A program made the position numbers and the translations under genes. Under the pieces are notes generated by a model that saw only the letters and a program-made list of their open reading frames with translations, was not told where the DNA came from and did not search any database. From Rebecca billardiae RCC1528 (taxonomy: Eukaryota > Protista > Haptophyta): 64,000 bases of DNA. The stretch lies in assembly GCA_965240325.2 (NCBI GenBank), contig OZ251242.1:1364001-1428000 (forward strand). Reading direction: 5' to 3'. Each line of letters starts with the position of its first letter. Position 1 is the stretch's first letter. Of this stretch, positions 56,459 to 64,000 are shown in pieces.

Positions 56459-57847
56459 ATGGCCGAGAAGACCCCCGCGCCGTGCGGCGCGTGGCCGTCG
56501 CCCGTGACGTCCGAGCTGCTCACCACTGCGGCGCTCTCGATCCAGAGCCCCGTCTTTTTCGACGACCGTGGGCGCGCCGTCTGGCTCGAGGGCCGCCCGG
56601 CCGAGGGCGGCCGCGTCGTCGCGTGCGTCGCGCGCGCGGACGGCAGCGCTCCGGTCGACATCACGCCGCCGGGCTTCAACGTGCGCACGCGCGTGCACGA
56701 GTACGGCGGCGGCGCGCTGCTCGTCGACGGCGCGCACGTCTACTTTACCAACTTCGCCGACCAGCGGCTCTACGCGCAGACGCTGCTGCCCGACGGCGAC
56801 GCGCGCGGCGTGGCGAGCGCGCCGCTCGCGCTCACGCCCGCAGACGGCGGCTGGCGCTTCGCCGACTTCTCGGTGGACCGCGCGGCGCGCTGCCTGGTCT
56901 GCGTGGCCGAGCGCCACCCGCCGGGCGCCACCTCTGCCGAGCACGTCGAGAACATGCTCGCCGCCGTGCGCCTGCCGCCCGCCGCCGCCGCCGACGGCGC
57001 CGCGGCCGCGCCGGCGGCGGCGGCGGCGGCGGCCGAGGGCGCGGCGGCGCGTCCGCCCGAGGTGCTCGTGTCCGGGCACGACTTCTTCGCCTCGCCGCGC
57101 GTGGCGCAGCTGGATGACGGGCGCACCGCGCTCTGCTACGTCTTCTGGGACCACCCGCACATGCCGTGGGACGCGTCGGCGCTCGCCATCGTCGTCGCGC
57201 CCGCGGGCGGCGGCGGGCTGGCAGACCCGAGCGGCGAGGGGCGCAGCCTCGCGCAGCGCGGGCTGGAGGCGCAGGCGGTGCTCGGCGGCGGCGAGGGGGA
57301 CGCGTCGACGCACCTCGAGCCGCGCTGGTGCGGCGGCAGCGGCCGCGTCATCTTCGCCACCGACCGCCCGCCCAGCGCGTGCCAGACCCCCGCCGACGGC
57401 TGGTGGCAGCTGCGCACAGCCGCGCTCGGCGACGGCGCCGCCGCGCGCGGCCTGTACAGTGCTGCAGCGCACGCCCAGGGCGAGGACGAGGCGGAGTACG
57501 TGCGCCCGCCGTGGATGCTGGGGTACCAGCACTACGTGGCGCTGCGCGGCGCGGCGGGCTCGGCCGAGCCGCCGCCCGTCCTCGCGCTGCGCTTCGGCTG
57601 CGCCGGCGAGGGCGCCGAGCTCTGGGCGCTGGCGCACGGCGGCGGCGGGCGGCGCGTGCACACACCATTCGGCGTGCTCAGCGCGGTCTCGGTGCTCGAG
57701 CCGCCGGCCGACGCGCCGGCCGACGCGCCGTGCGTCGTGGCGGTGGTCGGCGGGCGGGCGGACCTGCCGACGCGCGTCGCGCTCGTCGCGCTGCCGCCGC
57801 TGCCCGGCGGCCGGCTCGACTGCGCCGCGCTGAGCGGGCTGCCACTC

Positions 57848-57879
<32 letters not shown>

Positions 57880-58762
57880 GGGCGGCGGCGGCGGCGGCGG
57901 CGGCGCGACCGCGGACGCCGCCGCCGGTCCGCGCTGGGTGAGCGTGCGCGTGACGTCGTCGCTCAAGCTGCCCCGCGCGACGCTCTCCGTGCCGCGGCGC
58001 GTGAGCTTCCCCGTCGGCGAGGGCGCCTCCGCGCGCACCGCGCACATGTTGCTCTACCCTCCCACCTCGGCCACGCACGCGCCGCTGCCGGCCGAGGCGC
58101 CGCCGCTGCTCGTCAAGTCGCACGGCGGGCCCACCTCCGCGGCGTCGGGCGCGTTCAGCCCGCTCATCCAGTACTGGACGAGCCGCGGGTTCGCCGTGGG
58201 TGACGTCGACTACTCGGGCTCGACGGGCTACGGCCGCGCGTACCGCGAGCGTCTCAAGGGGCGGTGGGGCGAGGCGGACGTGCAGGACTGCGCCGCCGCC
58301 GCGCGGCACGCGGCCGCGCACGGCTGGGCGGACGCGCGCCGCCTCTGCATCTCCGGCGGCTCGGCTGGCGGGTACACGACGCTCGCCTGCCTCGTGTTCT
58401 GCCCCGGCGTGTTCGCCGCGGGCGCGTCGCACTACGGCGTCGCCGACCTCGAGGTGCTCGCCGCCGACACGCACAAGTTCGAGTCGCGCTACCTCGACTC
58501 ACTCGTCGGGCCGCTGCCCGCCGCCGCAGCCGTGTACGCTGCGCGCTCGCCGCTGCGCCACTGCGAGCGGCTGCGCACGCCGGTGGCCTTCTTCCAGGGC
58601 GACGAGGACAAGGTGGTGCCGCCCAACCAGGCGACGCTGATGCACGAGAAGGTGCGCGCGCTCGGCGTGCCCACCGCGCTCGTCATGTTCGCCGGCGAGC
58701 AGCACGGCTTCCGGCAGACGGTGAACATCCGCCGCGCCATCGACGGCGAGCACCACTTCTAG
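56459..58762 (+). CDS. S9-family (prolyl oligopeptidase/acylaminoacyl-like) peptidase, C-terminus truncated by a transposon
   Basis: G.WPSP, NVRTRVHEYGGG, WDHPHMPWD, SHGGPT, GSTGYGR.YR, GGSAGG (Ser), QGDEDKVV (Asp), GEQHGF (His); premature stop at the element junction. Confidence 0.92.
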
Positions 58763-58764
58763 TC

Positions 58765-60729
58765 TAGGTGGGTCCCTCCCAACTGGGGCGATATTCTGGC
58801 GCACTCAGAATGACGTCCTAGATTTTGTCTCTCACCCAGAATCGACGCTATAAATGCGTCCCATCGGGGCGGAGCAAAAGTTTCGACCTCAAAACCTACT
58901 CCGCGTGCCGTCGCGCGGCCGAGCGCGCGCGCGCCGCGCCAGTAGTGTCACATAGAGATTTTGCGAAGCGTTACTTCATGGTTATGGTGGCTAGATGGCG
59001 ACATGCGATCGGAATTACTTATTGACAACCGTTGACACCCGACCGAACCATTTTATGAAGCAAAGAGTGGGGCTCTATGCTGTGCGCTGATACCTCCAAC
59101 AAACTACAGCAAGATCGAGCATATTACCCACTTCATATATAGCCACTTACCCGTATATATTATGGGTGTTACCCACTTTATATTGACCGTGGATGCGGTT
59201 CACTATGTATTCGAATTCGTTCCGATATGTGGGTACGTTTGTTGGGTCATCGAATAGGCGCCGAGCGACGCGGACACAGGCAACCCGGGCCGCAACCGGA
59301 CTGCCTGCGAGTGGCAGTGTTTGTGGCGGGCTGCGTGCCGAGGCACACACCATCGCCCGCCACCGAGCATGCCACCGTCGTCACACGGGAGCCCTCCGCC
59401 GTCGAGGCTGGACTATCAGCCAACGCCACCGCCGGAGCTTGCTGCCGCGTTCGGCGGCTTCCGTGCTCGTACTCCGCGTGTCACCGGTCGTCGTATGCCC
59501 ACCCGCGTGAGGCCGCCACCAGTCCATGACTACCGCAGCTGCAGCCCATGCCGCCGACGATGCCTCCTACCATCTTCTCGCCAGGCAGCAATACGATAGG
59601 TTCACCGACGCTGCTGCTAGGCTGAGAGCACTCAGCCAGTTGGCCGGCGAGACGTCAGATGGTTGAGCTGCTGGCCTAGCCATCACGTTGCGGCTTCCGC
59701 TCGCTCAAGTACACCCAACGTGACGACGAGAACGTGCCGGGCTATCATCAGACATGCGTCTGAGGGGTCTACTACGCCTAGCCGTAGAGTTGCTGAGTAC
59801 GAGTCTTCGCAGACCACAAGCGGAACGAGTGGGACCACCCAATGGCAGGAGCAACAGCGTGGGGTGGCACCCGCGCCTGTCAACGCGACCGCGTTCTGTC
59901 AAGAATGGACCCATATCCTGCGACCACCCTCGAGCACCGCATACTATGCCCACACTCGGCATAGGGAAGGATCGCTGAGCGCCTGCTGCCGCTGTCAAAG
60001 GCCCTGCTGATCTTCCTGGCGCTGGATCGTGCACACGGATGGCAAGTCGGCGTGCTCGCCGCACATCGCGGCGGCTTCTCAGCATCCCAAGTCCTCAGTG
60101 CACCCATCCTAGGCCTGCTGGTCGATGATTGGTACCAGCCCCCACCAAACACGCCCTCTCGGAAGTCGCCAATCGCTTACATGGCTCCCCGAGAGCCCGG
60201 GGCTGGCTGTCGTGCGTTCTCACGAGCAGCTTGCGCACAGCCCAAATGTCACCTTCACGGTGCGTTGAGCTGCTCAAGATGGCGGGAGCGTCAAGATCAT
60301 GCCCGTGCACGACACTGACCCATGCCTCCCGTCGCCTGACCCGCATGTGGCAAAAACTGACCCTGCTCGAAGGCACGGGTCGAACACCCGCCGATCGATT
60401 CAAGTTGTCTGTACGCGTCTAGCCGGGCGAGAGTCAAACATGCGGGCACGTGCCAGGCGGGGGATGTGTGACCACGGATCCCATCCGTGAGCACGCGCAA
60501 AGCGCTGGAGCGCGCGATAGGTGTTGGCTGTGGTCTACCCGACACACGGCGGCTCGGTCGCGCTGGAGAGGCGCTCCGACATCGTCGGGAGCGTTCAGAT
60601 CGGACCTCGGCCGGCGGCCGGGCGCGGCCCGGCGATTTTCCCGAGCCGCGCCCCGCGCGAAAAGAAATCAGGCCAGAAAACCCGGTAAATGTTTAAAAGA
60701 CCGCTGGAAAATCGCCAGGGACCCACCTA
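58765..60729. mobile_element. Non-autonomous hAT-like transposon inserted in the S9 peptidase gene
   Basis: 13-bp TIR TAGGTGGGTCCCT / AGGGACCCACCTA extending imperfectly (ggcgat.ttc..gcg). Flanks are cttcta[gt]c and cttctac. Shares sequence blocks with 34847-39670. Confidence 0.88.
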
Positions 60730-60808
60730 CTTCTACGCGCGCGTGTTCGGGCTGCACGGCGCGCAGATGCCGCCAGACCTCGAGCCGATCCACATCGACA
60801 ACCTCTGA
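60730..60808 (+). pseudogene. Detached 3' end of the S9 peptidase (FYARVFGLHGAQMPPDLEPIHIDNL*)
   Basis: Typical C-terminus for this S9 subfamily; in frame with ...IDGEHH once the element and one TSD copy are removed. Confidence 0.85.
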
Positions 60809-61724
60809 GGGCCGGGCGGTCGAGCCGTGCCGGCCCGCCGGCGGGCCGCCGGCGCGGCGCCTCGTGATGGACGTGACGATGCGCACGTCCGTGATCGATG
60901 ATGATGATGATGACTCATCGACATCTACTGGCTGATCGATGATGCTGCGGATGTCGTGCGCTGCTCATAGTTACATGCCTCATGAGTCATGACTCATGGC
61001 GGCGCGCGAGCGGGCAGCAGCGCGCGGCGCACTACCGTAGCATGCCAGCCAGCAGCAGAGCGCAGTCATCGCCACTGCCGCTGCTACTGCTATACGACGA
61101 TGACATCAGCTGTCAGTGTCAGTGCTGCCTGCCGATGGCGGCCGCGAATGAATCGCGGAATTGCAGTAGTAGAGGCAGAGACGACGACGTGTTCCGAGCC
61201 CGCGGGTGCCGTGTTATGTTCGTGGTCGTCGCCATTCTCAAACCAACGCCATCGGCACTGGACGAATACGGATGGAATAAATAGCCCTACGCCGCTGCCC
61301 CGAAGCCCGCTGCGTCCGCTCGCCGGCCGGAGGTGGATGCAGGTCGGCATGTGACAGGATGGCGGACGGCCGGCGGCTGCGCGGTGTGCCGCGTGCGTGC
61401 GTGCACAGCGGCGGCACGGAGCATACAGGCGCGCCGGGGCGAGGTCACTCAGTCGGAGCAGCGGCGCGTGTATGCGTGTGCGTGCGTGCGTGTGTGTGCG
61501 TGCGTGTGCGTGTGTTGAAGGGCAGCGCCGAGAGGGAGGGCGGCTGAGGAGGCCGGCATGCGCTGCGCGCTGCGACGGATGGCACCGTGATCGATGGCTG
61601 ATGATGATGCGGAGCGGCGCCGCTGGCCGCTGCCGCCCTCACAGGCGCGCGCGCAGGGGCGGCAGCGGCGGCAGCGGCGGCAGCGCGGGCGGTGCGCGGC
61701 GCGCGCCCTCGGCCGTCGCGCGGC

Positions 61725-64000
61725 TCAGCGAGCCTTGACGGCGCGCGTGCGCTTGGGCGGCGCCGCGCGCGGCGCCGCCGCGGCGGGGCGGCGCTTGGTG
61801 GCAGCGGCCGATGGCTTGGCCGCAGGCGCGCCGCCGCCCTTGGGTGCGGCCGGGGGCGGTGCATTCTCCACGTCGACGGCGGTGCGGCCCGCGGGCGGCT
61901 CGTCGCGTGCGCTGCTGCTGCCGCCGTCCTCGCTGGCCTGCGCGTCGTCGGCGTCGGCGTCGTCGGCGTCGTCGTCGTCATCATCATCATCATCAGCAGC
62001 AGCAGCGCGCGGCTGTGCCTGTGCCGCGCGCGGGCGCGGCGCGGAGAGGGCGGAGGCGCGGCGTGCCGGTGCGTGAGCGCGCGTGCCGCGCGCAGGCCGC
62101 GGGCGCGCGCACGTCGCGTGCTCGCGCGCGCGCGCACCGGCGGCTTCGGCTTCGGCTTCGGGGCGGGAGCGGCTCGCGTCGAGCGCGAGGGGTGCGCGCG
62201 CTTGGCTCGCTTCTTGGCGTCGCGCCGGCTGACGAGGCCTCGGCCTCCGTCGTCCGAGCTGCTGCCCGAGTCGTCCGCCTCGGCGGCGGCCGCGGCCGGC
62301 TTGGGCGGCGCGCGGCGCGGCGAGCGCTCGCGCTTGCCGCCCGGCGTGCCACCGGCGTCGGCGGCGGCATCCGCGCCGTCCACGCCGTCCACGCCGTCCG
62401 AGGCGAGAGGCGAGGGGTACGGCCGGCGGCGGCCGCTCGCAGAGCCGCCGGCCGTCGACGCGCGGCGCGCGGTGCCGCCCGTCCGAGCCGCCGAGCCGCG
62501 CGGCGTGTGCGCGCCGCCGGCCGCGCGCGCAGAGGCGGGCGTGGGCGTGCCAGCGGGCCCGCCGCCGCCGCCGCCGCTGGCTGGGGGTGGGCCGCGGAGC
62601 GCGCCCGCGGCGTGCTTGGTCGCGCCGCTCGGCGAGAGCAGGTGTGCTCCGCCGGCCGAGCGCGCGCCGCCCGCGCCGCGCGCCACGTTGGACACGAGGC
62701 CGAACGCCGGCGGCAGCACGGAGCGCGTGAGCTGCGGCGGAGGGTCGTCGGCGGTGGGCGCGCGGAACAGCAGCGCAGGCACGTGCTGCTGCGTCGCGCC
62801 GCCGTCCGCGCCGTCCGCGCCGCCGCCGCCCGCGCCCCACACGGTGTGTTGCGCCTTGGCCGTGAGCACCGCGTGCGCCACGTCGGCCGCGACGTGGATG
62901 GGCGCGGGCGCGCCCGGCGCGGGCGGCACGCCGTGGCGGTCGACCGCGCCCTGCGCGGCGGCGCGGCGCGGCGCGCGCGGAGGGCGCGCGGGCGGCGCGT
63001 GAGCGGCCGCGGCGTTCGGGCGGGGCGGCGGCGGCTGGCGGCGCCGGCGGTCGCGAGGCGCCGCGCGCGCGCGTGCGGCCCACCTTGATGCCTGTGAGCA
63101 TGCGCAGCATCAGCGTCACGTCGCCGCACGAGCCGCCGCCGCCGGCGAGGCCGTCGTCGGCGGGCGCGGGCGCGAGCGCGCTGCCCGCCGCGTCCGCGCC
63201 GCCCGCCGCGCCCTGCGCCGCGCCGCCGCCGCCGAGCGCGGCATAGAAGGCGGCGAAGGTGAGCTGCGCGCCGTCGAATGAGCGCGCGGCCGCGTCCTCG
63301 TCCATCAGCGTCTCGTCGCGCGCCACCAGCCACACCAGCCACTGCGCAGAGGCGAGGCGCGCGGCGGCGGTGGTGCGCGGTGGTGCGGTGTGCGCTCAGC
63401 GGTGCGGCGCGCGACCCGCGCGGCGCGCGCGCGCGCGCGTCGCGTGCGCGTGCGCGTGCGCGCACCGGCAGCGCGGTCTCGGGCAGGTAGAGCGCCGCCA
63501 CGCGCGCCGAGACCGGCGCGGGCGCGGGCGGCGCCGGGCCGCCCGCGAGCACGAGCGCGCGCGACGCCGCGCCCTCGGAGTCCTGACGCGCGCGCGCCGC
63601 GACCGCCGCGCGCGCGAGCGTGGCGCGCGCGCGCCGAGCGTATGCGTGCAACAGCTCCTTGGCCGCGCGCTTGAGGGCGCGCGGCTGCGCGGCGGTGCCG
63701 AGGGCGAGGGCGGCGCAGAAGTACGCGGGCAGGTGCCGGCTGCGCGCGAGCACGCGGCCGAGCGGCCCCGCCGCCGCGCCCGGGTACGGCGCGCGCGTGA
63801 GCCGCTTGTAGCTCTGCGCGAGCGCCGCGCCCGCGACCGCCGCGTCGTCGTCTGCGCACAGCCACGCCGCGCGGTGCAGCCCGTGAGCGGGCAGGTGGCG
63901 CGCGCGCACAGAGTCGAGCGTGAGCGCGCGCAGCAGCGCGGAGTGCGCCGCGCGCACGAGCGTCGTGCGCGCCGCCGAAGGCGCCGCCTCCGAGCCCACG
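61725..64000 (-). CDS. PDS5: Sister chromatid cohesion protein PDS5-like, 3' part (introns 63342-63465, 62951-63083, ~62013-62137); gene continues beyond the window
   Basis: LYLPETALP|WLVWLVARDE...LRMLTGIK|GAVD...IHVAADVAHAVL.AK...LP..F matches the PDS5 C-terminal HEAT region as recalled; basic/acidic low-complexity tail. Confidence 0.7.

Noticed and set aside
54896-58762. 1288-aa (+) and 1159-aa (-) overlapping ORFs
   Set aside because: Each is a real gene (S9 peptidase or GST) extended by the antisense frame of its divergent neighbour
34847-60729. Fanzor/TnpB nuclease in any of the TIR elements
   Set aside because: No RuvC motifs or C-terminal Zn finger/DxNA pattern in any ORF examined
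61470-61515. (TG/CG)n tract downstream of PDS5
   Set aside because: Ordinary simple repeat

Overview
Very GC-rich, intron-containing eukaryotic nuclear DNA. The composition, the GTGCGC...GCGCAG introns and the signal-peptide-led organellar proteins suggest an alga with a complex plastid, such as a Pavlovales haptophyte (inference, not proven). Most long Ala/Arg/Pro ORFs in the six-frame track are GC artefacts. About 20 real genes can be reconstructed: USP deubiquitinase, TtcA, Sec12/PREB, a ~2300-aa 8-exon PCM1-like protein, pterin carbinolamine dehydratase, RPL18A, DEAD-box helicase, a type-I surface protein, Pcl-type cyclin, hybrid histidine kinase, CaMK-like kinase, ARM protein, TVP38/VTT protein, SulP/SLC26-STAS transporter, VOC-DsbA fusion, GST, S9 peptidase and the 3' part of PDS5. 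From 34.8 to 60.7 kb there are five TIR-bounded DNA transposons recognisable from their ends. They are: two related TAGG...CCTA elements with 7-bp TSDs, one of which splits the S9 peptidase C-terminus; a 3-kb CACC-ended element nested in the first and carrying an intact spliced orphan gene; a Harbinger-like element; and an internally deleted hAT with a perfect 8-bp TSD. Highlights are the non-animal PCM1 homolog and the nested orphan-gene element, whose empty site is visible 24 kb away.
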